In this document: piece after piece, positions 13,660-28,590 of the stretch
How the letters are laid out: the number at the start of each line of letters is the position of its first letter
How positions within the stretch are numbered: the first letter of the stretch is position 1
Assembly: GCA_964016885.1 (NCBI GenBank)
Contig: OZ024740.1
Location: forward strand, 136,772,001-136,836,000
Source: Eledone cirrhosa
Taxonomy: Eukaryota
Direction: 5' to 3'
DNA length: 64,000 nucleotides
Translations under genes and position numbers: made by a program
Notes under the pieces: generated by a model
The model's input: only the letters and a program-made list of their open reading frames with translations
Told to the model about the DNA's origin: nothing
Databases searched by the model: none

Positions 13660-14663
13660 TACTATATGCAAACAATGGGTACACAAGAGATGTAGTGGGA
13701 TCTCAGGAAGCTTAATTAAGAATGTAGGCTTCACATGCAGCAGCTGTGCTGGGACAGCAAGCAGCAAACAGCCAAAGGAAACAAGTACCACCAATCTCTG
13801 GGAGGGCTCTGTAGAAACAGTAGACAGCTTCTGCTACCTAGGTGACCGAATTAGCAGCGGAGGTGGGTGTTCAGAAAGTACAATAACTAGGGTAAGAACG
13901 GGATGGAAGAAGTTTAGGGAACTACTACCACTGCTAGCTGCAAAAGGCTTCTCCCTCAAAATGATAGTCAGACTGTATGATGCGTGTATACGAACAGCAA
14001 TGTTACATGGTAGTGAGACCTGGGAGCTGAAGGTGGAAGACTTACGTAGATTAGAGAGAAACGAAGCCTGCATGCTCCGATGGATGTGTAATAGTAATAT
14101 ACACGAACGACAAAGCATAAATGAATTGAGAGAGAGACTGAGCATAAGAGGAATCAAATGCTGTGTGCAGGAGAGGCGGTTGCGTTGGTATGAACATGTG
14201 ATGCGTATGAAGGATGACAGCTGCATAAAAAGGTGCAGAGCACTAGAAGTCGATGGAAACCGCGGAGTGGGGAGACCCAAGATGACCTGGGATGAGGTGA
14301 TAAAAGCCGACCTTACCCAATTACACCTCTCAAAGGCGATGACACACGACCGTGACCTCTGGCGTCACGCAGTAATACAGAGTACCCAACCTCCCATGGG
14401 TACAAGCTGAAGCATATAGACAATATGCCCCCACACCTTCCCACTGCAAGCTGGTCGTGGAGGTGCCACGGCAAAAAAAAAGCACCCAGCACTCACTGTA
14501 AATGAGGTTGGTGTTAGGAAGGGCATCAAGCTGTAGAAATCAAGCCAAATCAGTTCCTGTATGAGCAAGGCATGGTCAGCCGACCAGACACTGCCCACAA
14601 CAGGACAACCTGTCTAACCCATGCTAGCGTGGAAGAACGGATGTAAAACGGTGATGATGATGA
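13660..14663 (+). mobile_element. 5'-truncated RTE LINE (Cys-rich segment, C-terminal domain, 3' UTR, (GAT)n tail)
   Basis: ORF 13616-14410 contains VDSFCYLGD, MLHGSETW, RRLRWYEHVMR and GRPKMTW; ends in gatgatgatgat. Confidence 0.92.
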
Positions 14664-15007
14664 TACTACTAAAACTAATTGCTTGCTTGTCTACAGCCAA
14701 AACAGCGCATAATGGGAAAATACTTCAAGAGGAAGTTGACCCTGAAATGGGAATACAAATGGAATGAAACAAGTTTCGCGTAAATCAGAGCACGGGTTTT
14801 CCGGGTACCTTCATAAATAGAGAGAGAGAAAGATAGAGAAAAAGGGATAGTGGTTGTGAGATTGAAAGAAAGACAGAGAGAAAGAAGAGACAGAGAAGGA
14901 GAATGGAAGAGAGATCTGGTGGTGTTGTGTATATATATAAATATGTGTGTGGTGTCTATGACCAGTGAATATAGATCACACATTTACATATATACATACA
15001 CACACAC

Positions 15008-15228
<221 letters not shown>

Positions 15229-15274
15229 TAGATGGGCCTTCCAGTTTCATTTCACATTATATACAAGTCTGTGC

Positions 15275-18200
15275 ATCATCATCATCACCATCGTTTAACG
15301 TCCATCTTCCACGCTTGCATGGGTTTGGACGGGAGTTTTCCCACTTGAGGCAAGAGTGGTTGTCTTGCTCGCATATGACTGTCTGGCGGGTTTTCTATGG
15401 CTGGATGCCCTTCCGAACACCAACCACGTTTACAGTGTGGACTGGGAGGTTTTTACTGTGTTACCTACACGGCCACATTACAGCGTGGACTGTGTGTTTT
15501 TTTTGTCGTGACACCTACACGTCTGGCGGGTTTTCTACGGCTGAGTGCCCTTCCCAACACCAACCACGTTTACAGTGTGGAACTGGGATGTTTTTACCGT
15601 GTTACCTACACGGCCACATTACAGCGTGGACTGTATTTTTTTTGTCATGACACCTACACGACCTCATTTGTTTCGGACTGGATGTTGTGTGTGGTACCAA
15701 CATAACTTTACATTGAAAGGGGTGGTGTGGATGGGGTGGGGGTAGTGGGACGAGGGTGTATTTTTGTTGGAGGTGCCTACTGACTGTAGTAGGTTTCACT
15801 TTGTACTTAGGTAAGGCGGGTCTTCTCTATTACTGTGTAGCGCCAAAGATCTCGGTCCAGTGACATTGTCTTGGAGAGGTCGGAATTGATCAGGTCGTCC
15901 CAGGTTTTTCTGGGTCTGCCTACTCCGTGGCTACCGTCTATTTTTATTGCCCTGCACTTTTTTATACAGCTGTCGTCTTTCATGCGCATCACGTGACCGT
16001 ACCAACGTAGTCTTCTCTCGAGTAAACAACATCTGATCCCTCTTATTTCTAATTTTTCCCTTAGTTCGTTTATGCTTTGCGGTTCACGTATATTACTATT
16101 ACACATCCAGCAGAGCATGCAAGCCTCGTTCCTCTCTAGTCTGCGTATATCCTCTGCACACAATGCCCAGGTCTCACTGCCATGTAACATTGCTGTTCGT
16201 ATGCAGGCATCATACAGCCTGCCTTTCATTTTTAGAGAGAACCCTTTAGCGGCTAATAGTGGTATAAGCTCTCGGAACTTTTCCCATCCAGTTCTGACTA
16301 GCTACTGTACTTTCAGAGCACCCTCCACCACTGCTGATTTTGTCACCCAAGTAACAGAAGGTGTCCACTATTTCTATAGAACCATCTGTGCAATGGAATG
16401 AGCTAGTATTCAGTGGGCACTTGCTGCTACTTACTGCACCAGAGCACCGGCCACATATAAAATCTATATTCTTAGTTAGCTTACCTGTGATCCCACTACA
16501 TCTTTTATGCACCCATAGTTTGCATTTGGGACATAAAATGGAGTTTCTGCCTACTCCTTTCCTACACACTGAGCATGGCCATTTCCCGGATGGGACCGGT
16601 GCCCTATTTTCCTTCCTACAAACTAGAACTTTAGTCTTAGACAGGTTAATTTTAAGGCCTTTTGATTCTAGGCCATGCTTCCATGTTTGGAATTTCTTCT
16701 CTAGTTCAGCCATTGATTCAGCTATGAGCGTTAGATCATCTGCGTATAGGAGTTCCCATGGGCAGCCGGTCTTGAACTCCTGTTATAGCCTGCAGGGCAA
16801 TAATAAATAGTAGGGGTCTAAGAACGGAGCCCTGATGAACACCAACTTTTACGCTAAACTCTTCACTATATTCGTTGTTAATTCTAACCTTGCTGACTGT
16901 TTCTTTATACATGGCTTGTACAGCTCTCACAAGCCATTCATCAACACCTAGTTTTCTAAGAGCCCACCAGAGCTAGGTACTTCTCCAGTAGTTGTCGTAC
17001 AATGAAAAGAGCGTCTGTGGTACTTTTACCTGACACAAACCCGAACTGCATTTCATCTAGATCAATTCGCTCTCTGATTAGTTGCGCTATTACTTTTTCT
17101 GTGACCTTCATGACCTGGTCGATTAATTTAATGCCTCTATAGTTACCCCTATCTAGGGCATCTCCTTTACCCTTGTAGCAGTTAATGATGATGCTGCTAC
17201 ACCAGTCCTTCGGAACAACCCCATTCTGTATGACTTGGTTTACTATCCGGGTGACCATAGCGTGTCCCACCGTTCCAGATGATTTCAGCATTTCAGCAAC
17301 TATTTCCGAAGGCCCAGCCGCCTTACCAGTCTTCATATCTTTGATTGCCTTACTTATTATACTACCGTCAACTTGCACTGCTGGTCCCTCTATTAGATCA
17401 ATGTGGGGGAAACTGTCTTTCTCCCATTTATTCTCCTCATTTAGTAGCCTTTCGTAGTGACACTTCCAAGCTACCTTCTTATCAGCGTCAGTGATGGCAA
17501 GTACACCATTATTAAGGACACACTTCTCCCCAACAATATCACGGTTTTCCTTGACACATTGCCTAGCAATCCTGAACACCTCACGTTTTTGGTCCTCGCG
17601 TTGTAGAACATGCTTGAACTTTCTTTCCTCTGCTTCCCTTCTTGCGAAGTACACTTGTCTCCTAGCCACTTGATAGTCTTCTCTACTTCCCCCATCCCAC
17701 CATACTTTCCAAGCCTGCTTTTTGGCCTTAATTGACTCCTCCACCTTACTGTTCCACCACCACGTTACTCTCCTCCTGCCTATAGGCCTGCTCCAGCCAC
17801 AGACTTCATCTGCCGCCATCAGCAGATTTGCTTTCAGGAATTCCCACTGTTCCTCTATATTGTACGACTAATTGATCTTCCTTACTGTCAAAAGCATCAA
17901 GTAATATGCTTTTAAATTTATTACTGGCTGTGGGGTCCTTTAGCTTCCATATTTTTCTCCCGAGGATAGTCCTCCTCTGTTGTCGAGTACGTCTTGTCCT
18001 GAGTATGAGGTCGCTGACTATGAGTATGTTGGGAGGTGCATTCTTCATGGGGGAGGGATTTAGTGTTTACAACAGACACTATCACGTCTTCTGGTAAGGA
18101 TATAATCTATCTGACTGGCGTGTTCCCCTGATCTATAGGTGATCAAATGATTCTCGTTTTTTGAAGTTAGTGTTACAGATAGTTAGGTTATTTGCGTCAC

Positions 18201-18590
18201 AGAATTCCAGGATTCTGGAGCCTTCCTCATTTCTAGTACCAAACCCATAGCCTCCATGGATTCCGTCATAGCCATCACAATGTTGTCCAACGTGACCATT
18301 TAGGTCGCCAGCGATAATTATGTAGTCACTGTCGGTTATTTGGGAGGTAGTGAGCATTATAGTTCTATTTAGGACAAGTCTTATTTTAATTATTCTGTCG
18401 TTCACTCTATTTACGTCTATTATCTTATCTGCCCACTTTTCTGCTAACATGATTCCTACCCCACCCAGCCCATTCCACCTGGTCTCTTGGATACAGCAAA
18501 CATCAACCTCCTTACGCTCAAGCATTTCTACAACCTCATTAGAGCGACCTTTTAAGGTGCCTACATTCATGGTACCAACTCTTTAATTAT
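15275..18590 (-). mobile_element. Near-full-length decayed RTE LINE (APE endonuclease, RT, Cys-rich finger)
   Basis: APE motifs MNVGTL, IQETRW and GDLNGHVG; RT motifs NYRGIKL, QFGF..GKSTTDA and GVHQGSVL.PLLF; several frameshifts; repeat-containing 3' UTR and (GAT)n tail. Confidence 0.95.
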
Positions 18591-20219
18591 TATTTTTAAG
18601 TGAACATGATTTTTAAAAATATTTTGAAGTGAACATGACCCAATGGGTAATGGGTGGTCTAGTTGCATTGTATTTTTGTGGTAAAGGCTTTATCTCATAT
18701 CGAATTTACAAGATTTTGATATTTATTTCGAGTACAATACCTTAACATCAGTATTAGCACAACCAGTTATGGCCAGTTTGAACAGAAAGAGATGAGAGAA
18801 TTCTGGCCGGATACAGCTGGTTGCTAAAGGGTTAAAATAGTTGGTATTACAAAATGCCTCCAGCTATAGAATACTGCCTCGAAAAGTCTAGTCAAACCAA
18901 AGAGAAAGCTGGCACAAATGATGATTTGTGAAAAAAAAAAATACTGTGATGCCATTTTGCTTCTATACTTTTCTTTACATCTTATTTTTTAAATTAAAAC
19001 ATTCATGAATCAATGTCTCCACAATCTAATTCAAATCACACCTATTTCACAAAAAGCAACAAAAAAAAAAACCCCCATCAAAGGACAAATAATGTAGGCC
19101 TAGATATACTATGAATAAAAGACAAGACAGTAATGGTTGGAAGACCTTTAATCATAGATCTGCTCAAACAATAACACTATGTTTATACTGTTTTTCAATG
19201 GGCCATGGTTCATTGTATTACTAGCAATGTGATGCTATGAACAAGGCATAGCTACTAAGTTTAAACCATTAAACTACTGGTCACAAGTCCAAACATTACT
19301 ATAGCAATTACAGTCATTATGTTGGACACCTGACTGACCTGTTAGTCTAAGTATTGTTCATCTGATAACAGGTTCTACTCCTCCATAAGCTGTTTAGTTT
19401 GTAGTTAGAAGGGCATTAAAGACATTCCCCCAAAGCTAACATGTGAAAAATTGATATATAGTTGATGATAGAACAAATCTACTTGCCTAATTTTGAAGCC
19501 CCCAACTGGGGGGGGGGGGGTCACGATGCCCAAGGGAGGTCATTCTTTAAAGATTTTTAAATATATAAGGAGATTCAAGTATCTATTATAGTAGAAGTGC
19601 TCTGTATGTGTGTGTGTATTTCTTTTCCATGCTGGCATGGGTTAGATGTGTTGTCACATTCTGATATTTGGCAAAACAGATGGCCAAGCCTTGCTCATAT
19701 GTTCTATTTTGGCATGATTTCTATTGCTGGCTAGCCATAACCCCACCCACTTGATAGTATGCACTACATGCATTTGAGGCCAACACTATCTTACATAGTG
19801 TACTAGATGATTTTATCATGGTACCAACAACTACTACTTTGCAATACTAAGACACTTGGTGTGTCCTCAGTCAGGCTGGGAAAGGAAATGATGCACGGAA
19901 GGCAGGGTAAGATTAGAGCGAGAGACATCCCACAATGGTTGTGGGAGTGACAACTGGCAGTGCATTGATGGGTGCACCTATCTTGGATTGGATAGCGAAT
20001 CAGGTATGAAGAGGCAGTAAGCTTTGAGTCTCAGCAATGTCTGGCAGTATGCTGTGTGTATGGGGGCAGGGAAGCATCCATCTTCCTGTGCTAGTGCAGG
20101 AGGAATCAAAAATGTGAATGGAGAAAGACTAAGATAAGGGATATAGAGGAAAAGAGACAAATCAAGTATGTGAAGAGAGGGGAGCAAAATATCACACCTC
20201 TGCTTCTATTCACCATCTT

Positions 20220-21235
20220 CCTTGTGCTTGTTTGAAAAGGTGAGTCTTCTTTAATACAGCCTATCACCAGTCAACAAGATCCTGTGCCATCATCTTTGTG
20301 AGGTCAGCCTTCACCACATCATCCAAATTTATCTTCAGTCTTCTTTTTCCACATGTTCTCTCAACTCTGTACATCTTTATGCAGCTCTCGCTCTCCATTC
20401 ACATTGCCTATCCAAAACATCAGTTTTGTAGTGCATCTGATCCCTCTTATACAATTTTTTTTTCAGTTTTTACAAATCCTTTACACCCAGCACTCAAGCC
20501 TCACTTCCATGCAGTTCACAGACAGGCATCACATAATCTGTCTTACATCCTGAGAGAGAAATATTTTGTAGCCAACAGAGGTAGTAGCTCCCTGAACTTT
20601 TTCCACCCTGTTCTCTAATAGATACTGTACTCTCACAATATCCTTCCCATTAATTAAATCACTGAAATAACAGAAGCCATCTGAGCATTTGATTGCGTTT
20701 CATGTGCACTTTTGTTGTTGACAGATGAGGATTCGGGACCTAATGTCACTTTTCTTCCCCAATGGGCATACATAGCACAGGTGCTATTGTCCATGGTCCC
20801 CAACCCTCAGCAAGAAGGACGGGAATAGACCAAAGACCTTGCTGTTTATTGATCCTGTACATTTGTCATATACAAAGTCTACATTCTTTGTTAGCCTTCC
20901 AAAGATCCTGCTACATCTCATCTACCAATGTTTACATTTTGTACACAGCAATATTTATCAACTCATTTTTGCATATTGAGCATAGCCATTTCCTCAATAA
21001 AATCAAGGCCTTTTCATTTCAAATTTTGCTTCCAAATCTGGAATTGCTCTAGTTCACCTATGAGAACAAGGTCATCTGCATATAGGAGTTCCCACAAGCA
21101 GCCAGTCTTAAACTGCTGTTATAGCTTGGAGGACTATAACAGATGGGAGTTAAGGATAGAGTCCTGGTGGACACCCTACCTGCATGCTAAACTTGTTGCT
21201 TGACTTATCTTTTTAATCCTAATCTTGCTGATGTA
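20220..21235 (-). mobile_element. Old degraded RTE LINE fragment
   Basis: Degenerate GCLWELLYADDL segment near 21070-21110 and TGWKKFRELLPLLA segment near 20570-20610. Confidence 0.75.
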
Positions 21236-21249
21236 TATATACATATAGA

Positions 21250-22194
21250 TAGATAACTAATAAAAAGAAAAAAGCCCCGCACACATTTCAAATTGATCAA
21301 CCTTTTGTAAAGATAAGACTCCAATGGGAGCTCCAGTACCAGAAGCAATTACATGCATTTTTAGGAATGGACAAATCTGACATCAAAGCCAATATCTAGA
21401 ATTGCGTGAAGAAATTTGAGACCTATGGGATAGTGGAGAATCTCAATACAATGTGAGAGGACCGTCTTACCCACTCTCAAAGAGGATCTTAAAAAGTACC
21501 TCTACAGAACACAGACCAAACAAAAGCTTTACTGTAGCTGACAAGACCAAAAGAAAGGCTATGGCTGAGAAAATAGAAAACAACTGAAATTTTCTGAATC
21601 TGCTGCGGACTTCAGATGAAGCCCACTTTAACTTAGAGAAGATCAACTTTAAAAACAATGTTCTGAGGGTCAGAGAAACCTATTGAAGTGGTTGTGGAAC
21701 CTCTCCACTCAGCTAAATGCACCATCTAGGCTACTATTTCTGAGGGAGGGTTAATTAGCCCATTCTTCTTTGAAGAAAATGGTGACACTGCTACAGTCAC
21801 AAAGGAACGCTATATGGAGGTTCTGTAAGACCTCAAAAAAGAGCTACAGACCATGTAATCATCTCTAACGAAAAAGTTCTGCTTCCAGCAAGACGGAAAA
21901 AGACAGAGCAAGCCCTCACATTTGTGTGAGTATGTTGCAAGAAAGGTGGAAAGATAACTTTGGAAATTGTGTGATCAGTATAAAGACTGATTTTAAGTGG
22001 ACCTCACACAGCTCTGATTTAAGCCCGTCAGATTTCTTTCTTTGGAACTATCTGAATGATAGGGTATGTCAACAAACCCAGAACCATTATCATTGAACTA
22101 AATATAACTGGAGCTTAATCAGTTTGTCAAAAAATGAATAATGTAGACAAAAATAAAAACGAAGGCTTGGGGGGTTTTTTTATAGTCACCCTGT
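21250..22194 (+). mobile_element. Degraded Tc1/mariner-superfamily DNA transposon
   Basis: Remnant motifs TSDEAHFNL (~21608), FQQDG (~21883) and SDLSPSDFFLWNYL.DRV (~22010); right TIR ...tatagtcaccctgt. Confidence 0.8.
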
Positions 22195-25100
22195 GGGTGT
22201 ATCTATGTAACTAAATCTCCAAACATAATTGGTTCACTCACACTAAGCCCCTATCTAAGTACATACTTTATACCCATTAACTTCCTCCTCATGATAAATC
22301 AAGATCCATAAAAGAATCCAATAGATAAACAAAATTGATAAGATCCCAAAGTCAATAAAATCATGAACCACATATATCAAACTAAATGTCTATTACCCTC
22401 AGCAAGACAGCAAAGTGGCAGAGTCATTAAAGTGCAGGACAAAATACCTTGCAGTATTTGTTCTGGCTCTTTGTAGTTCAAATCTCACGATGGCCTACTT
22501 AGTACACCATAGTCATCGTATTATGTCTATCTTCTACACTTACATGAGTTAGATAGGATGTCAAGCCCTGAGGCAATAAATGCGGGTCAGACAGCTGTCT
22601 TGTTCGCATGGTTTTTATAACCGAATGCCCTTCCTAATACCAACCAATTCACAGCATGTACTGGGTTTGTTTTCTTTACCACCAGCTAGCTCTAGGATGC
22701 CTTTAGTGAGGTTCACTCTGTTGCAAGCAGTTGGACCAGATACGAGTATACCCTTCTCCTGCCCTCCCACCAGTCTCGGAAGGCTTGAAAAGGATCATGG
22801 CCATTGCACTTCCTTTATTGACTAAATAGTAAGAGGAAAATAAATTAAAATTAAAAAAAATTATTACATATGCCATGATAGGAACCAGTTGCCTAATTCA
22901 TTATAATTCTAAATGTGATTTTACATGGGGGCATGAAACCTTCCTAACACTCCTACAGGAGAGATGATACACCTAAGGTGCAGTACATGATTGAATTATT
23001 TGCTTCAGATAGCAGTAAAGTCTCAAATCATACCCTACCTTCTTAAGGAATGATATTGCATAATGTAATTCTAGATAAGACACATATGAGCAGTTGCTAC
23101 AAAATAAAACAGACAAAAAAAAAAAAGCAAGTGTTATAAGTATATTGTTGTTGATGTAAGTATATCTTGGTACAAAACCTCAGCCAAATCAAATGAGACC
23201 AATAATTACTCTAACAAATCTAATCATCATCACTGTTTAACATCTATTTTCTATGTTTACATGGTTTAGACTGGTCAGGTGACCATGCTTTGCTTGTACA
23301 CTACAGTTTTGGTTTGGTTCCTTTCCTAATGCCAAACACATTACAGCATGTAGTAGAAACAGTTTATCATGACTCCAGCCCTACCACATTACAGGGTGAA
23401 TTGGGGCAGTTTGTCATGGAACCAACATTACTGTCTTACAGTGTAGACTGGGAGTTTTTTTTATTGTGGCACTAACACTGGAGAAGCGTTGATAGAAGTG
23501 AGGTCGGGGAGCATTAGGTCATGGAGGTGACCTTGAAGAAAATGAGTTGTGTCTGGCAATATGTTGAGCTATATAGTCACCATGATTAACCATTCTTTTG
23601 ATATTTGTGTTGACACAACCCTTTCACTATCAAGAATCCCCATTTATTTTAATGAATTTTCCCATGGAACCAGCTATTGAAAAAAGTGTCTCCTTGACAA
23701 CCTGATGCCCCCATCCCACACCTCTGTACTACCTTTACAGATAGGGAACTGCTGTTTTACTCAGTCCTGTACAATCTCCTCCAAGTTCACTGTCCCTATT
23801 TTCCTAAGATTTGACCATCCTTTTCACAAGTCAATGAAGGAAACTACCTAACTGCATAACCTACTAGAAATAGCAGCCAAATTTGCCTTCAAGTCACAAC
23901 CCATCATGTCAAAGAGGAATACATTGGACAATGCAGTCCTTACTACATAAAAACAAGACTTTGGAACAGCTTTGCAGCCACCAAACTGAACCATAACAGC
24001 TCAATTTAATTTTTCATAACTAATTCTAAAAGCATAATCAATGATATCCTAGGGCCTAACAACAAGCACCATCTCATCAATACAGAGCACTCTCTGGTAA
24101 ATTAATATTTTAATTTTTTTTTAGGTAATGAAAAGCAGAATCAGGCTAACTGATTGAGTAGACCTATGATCAAAGGTGTCCCCATTGTGGCCATCACGTA
24201 TTGTATTTCATACTATGATTAGAAAATTTTACCATGTCACTCCCTTCCTCCCCACTCTGAACGGTAGGGTACGATTTAAGGGAACTTGGTTCCTATCGTT
24301 GGGTCATAGATCAATAGTTGTTGCTGTTTAGCCATGACAATCGTTATTTTTATGTATAGTCTATCTCAGACTACGTTAATTATACTATGTACTTTTTTTT
24401 ACAAAACAATAGGTTAGCTGTTCCTGACCTGGAGTCTGTAAATGTAGCAGGGATTCGTGAGCTAAGTTCGATATTTCAAGTACTTTGTTAAACATGTAAT
24501 CATCACCGTTTTACGTTCATTTTTCCACGCTAGCATGGGTTAGACGAGGTGTCCTGTTGTGGGCAATGCCTAAATCAGGTGGCCATGTCTTGCACATACA
24601 AAACTGAGTTTGGCTTGGTTTCTACAGCTGGATGCCCTTTCTAACGCCAACCTCATTTACAGTGAGTACTGGGTGTTTATTGTGATGCCTACACGACCAC
24701 TTTACAGTGCGAACTGGATGCTTTTTGTCGTGACACCTACACCACTTTAGTGTGGGCTGGGCATGATAATGTCTGTAGCAAGAGGTGTACGTTTACATAA
24801 AGAGTTCTAGGAAGTTTGTGGTTTGAGGGAAATTTAGTTGCTACATCTAGCAGGTCGAGCGAGGGGTAGTGATGGATGTTCCCACCCTTTCACCAGATGT
24901 ATTGTTTAAACACCCCCCCCCCCCACACCACCACCACCAAATCACACATGACAAGCAGCAAATTTTTTTTTTTTAATATCTGACCACGTTGCAGTTTTAC
25001 AAAGGTACACAATCCAATACTATAAACCAATGGCACAGATGGTAAGACTCAAAATCCGAAAACTAACATAGCGGTTACTTATATATGGCAGTGTATTATA

Positions 25101-26056
25101 TCCTGTAAGACATACACATTACCAAGACTTACTATATTTTATACACCTTCTTTGAAATTTAATGTTGCTATTCGGTACATTGGACTTATTTCTATCTTTC
25201 CTAATTGATACACTTTAAATGGTGGTCAATAAATGATTGAACAGCAACACCTGTGCTGAGTAATTCTTACACAGGCATACAAGAGATAGAAAGTGAGGCA
25301 GAGATGGTAGCTGTTCAGTAGGGATCGAAGATTTGGAAGCATATACAATCTAAGAACTTTAAATTCCTAAATCTCTCTCTCAATACACTGATTTAAGTTT
25401 GAAATAAGTAAAAAAATTCTAGTAAAATCTATATTAAAATAGAATGTGGTTTGTGTTACGGAAGGCCGTGACGAAAATTTCTCAAACTATCTGAACAGAA
25501 TGTGGTCAGCGTTATGCAAAGCTCTAATAATCATGCTCATTATTAAAAGATCTTTAGATTAAGAGTGCAACAGCAACGACTGTAAAAATAAGCCGCACAG
25601 AAAATAAAGTATTCATATACTAATCACGCAATCCATCTAATCTCTTAAATAAAATCATGCAGTTAATCCGGAAAAATAAATAATGCTTAAGAAAAATCTA
25701 AGAAAAAATATTGCAATTACTCTGGTATATTTTTCCCCGACACACGATTTCTCAAATCGATAAATATAAAAGTAAAATGTATAGTAATTTGTAAATAAAG
25801 TAAAACTCCAGTGTTTTGTTGTTTTCTTCTTCAAATATTTGTTTGGACTATATCTAACACTACAAATCACGAGCGTATCGGTAGTAGATTGGCCTATAAG
25901 AAATAGCAGCCAAACTTCCTGCAATCACACCTTACTTTCTTGAATAAGAAAGGGCATATTGAACAATATAGTCGTCCCCACCTACCAAAAAAAACGGAAT
26001 AGTAATGGTCGGAATGACCTGGGTTAAACAATTGTGTGAATTATGAAACGTGTGTA

Positions 26057-26112
<56 letters not shown>

Positions 26113-26849
26113 TACACAGTGCAAACGGACAAAGTGATTTGCGTTACAGGTTTCTAAACATAGATTATATAATAAAAACCTCTATATTGAGAGATATCAA
26201 TAATGGCATTAACACATACAAAGGACTTTAAAATAAAAGAATTAAAGTACTAGTTATCGTTTACTTAAATATTACTTTTGCATATTACACCACGCTACAA
26301 CACGTGCCTTCATAGCATGGCTACGACGCAGACTGAAACATACAAGGGAATACCAGACTGACTAAACCACAACACATTGACATGCATCATACAATAAATT
26401 TATAGTTTATACTGTACATGAAAGAGACTCCTTATCTATCTATCTTTCTATATAAACTATAGGCACACAACCATGGTATTCAATAGAAAGCCCTATGTGG
26501 TCGTTCAACCTACTACAAATAGTAGCCAAATAGCCGCTTTGAGAAAGAAAACGACATACTGGCTAATGTAATCCTACATACTCCTACAAAGACGAGTTGG
26601 TCATGACTGAAATGTTTTTGATTATAGGTCTGCTCAATTAGAGTTGACCAGGGGCTAAACAATAACTAGGGGGGTTTATCACAAATACACATGAATGAAA
26701 ACGGCTACCGCATTCAACGAAATTTTGTGATGCTGTAATAGTTTTTTTTAACTATACTACTAAGGGGACCGCATTATTTTTTGCCTATACTATCAATGGG
26801 ACCGACGACTTGGCTATCTACGCTAGTGCGTACACACGAGGGACAATAA

Positions 26850-26908
<59 letters not shown>

Positions 26909-28443
26909 CGTGTGTGGAGGAAAAACATCAAATTTACAATATAGAAGAAAAATGAACAAGTGCTGCGTTTTTCATAATTGAAAGTTAACAGGAACGATTC
27001 TATCAACAATTAGGTAAAAATATATATACAAAAGAGAATATTTTTGTAGTTTTCCAGACAAGCTGCTCTTTTGAAGCACATGGTCTCCGTTTCTCGAAAT
27101 AGAATATTTACGAATTAATGGGTTTTAATAAGCGCGTATATATATATATAAACTTTTTATTTAATAGATGATTAAAAAAAAAAATAACGAAGGCGTTCTG
27201 TTTGGACACCAATTATAAATATTAAATTTCAGTTCTTCATATATTATTTATTAAAAATCATTTCTTCAAAGTATACGGTCCTCGTGTCAATAAAACCGAA
27301 CGGATAATAAAAAGTCACTGATTGATATCTGAAATGATTATATGATTAATTAATTTGATATTTCGATTTCCGATTGTAAATTTCCTTATTGCCATTGTAG
27401 AAAGCATCGATATCAGAACTTTCCACTAATTAATGTGAAAAACTTTCCAGATATCGTTATCATGTTTAATGGAGTACATATGTCTTTTCTCTGGCGTATT
27501 TTATTTATAGTGTCCATTTGCTTTGATGATTGTAGGTATAGACATTTCAAACATATAAATTAAAAATTTCCATTAGACTATCATGACTTGAAAACAAATT
27601 CCCGCCGGAGTTTGTGTTCACCCTAAAAGGTGAATAAAGGTGCGTCTGGTGGTCAGAAAATAAGTACTCGTTCCCTTCCACCTTTACTAAAAGCGAAAAA
27701 CAAATAAAGGGAACCTAACGGATGCATGGGGAAAATAAAACAAGAGCATCACAACTTCTCACTATTATTAGAATTACGAGAAGACTAAAATGTTTAAAGC
27801 ATTACGTCAGTTCACAAATACAAGAATTTATTCTTTGATTAAATATTTAAAACATTCAATTTTCATCTAGTCAGGTGTTTTAATTACCCCGCTATTTCAT
27901 TCGCAATTAACCACGTTTTAGTATGTAAAAAATAAAACATAACAAAATTATATATATTTAAAGCTGGATAAAAAATAAGATTATGTCAGATTCATGCCTC
28001 TCCGCCAAGGACATTTAGCAACATATGTTAATTCCAACACGTTATAATATTGGTTGTATTTGACTCACACAGAAGACTGTTTCAAGCTAGAGAAATGTGA
28101 TTTTATGACGTTCATGCCATTCCAACTGAAGGTTTTATGTAACCGATGTGCAATGCTACCAACTGGAAATAGTATTAATGATTTCTTTTATTAATAACGA
28201 TTATTAGAATCCAATTAAGTAATACCAAAAACAGGAAAAAAGAACATATACCACACTTTATATGAATACAACTAGAGAGAAGTAAAGCAGGAATTAAAGA
28301 GTAATTTTATATAATACGAAAATATGAATTAAGTTAGAGACAGACAAAGATATTCCCTTTTTTTTTTTTTCTTTTTTTCAATTCTTCACACTTTAACAAT
28401 GGAGACTTTAGAAAAATGTAGGATGAATTTATTTTTTACTAAC

Positions 28444-28549
28444 CCACTTCGCCAGCAACACTGACAGGGTGGCCAAAAAGTTGTCCACTAAATCTGGAGC
28501 CATCTTCCAGAAACAACGTGGCTTTCTTCGGCATCTTGATGGAACCCAT
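28444..28549 (-). CDS. CAD: CAD first coding exon (MGSIKMPKKATLFLEDGSRFSGQLFGHPVSVAGEV)
   Basis: LEDGS..G..FG....AGEV N-terminal motif; |gttagt donor in phase 1 joins exon 2 to give GEVVFQTG. No mitochondrial presequence, which favours CAD over CPS1/CPSIII. Second in-frame ATG at 28534. Confidence 0.92.
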
Positions 28550-28550
28550 C

Positions 28551-28590
28551 CTGCAGAATGATAATGATGTTAGTTGTAGAAACGCTTAAA
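28551..28590 (-). promoter_or_regulatory. Splice acceptor and branch point just upstream of the CAD ATG, implying an upstream non-coding exon
   Basis: Minus strand reads ...caactaacatcattatcattctgcag|G ATG: a CTAAC branch-like motif followed by TGCAG. Confidence 0.55.

Noticed and set aside
25427-25890. Additional Helitron-like element (TCTATATTAAAA start)
   Set aside because: No convincing hairpin-CTAG 3' end was found.
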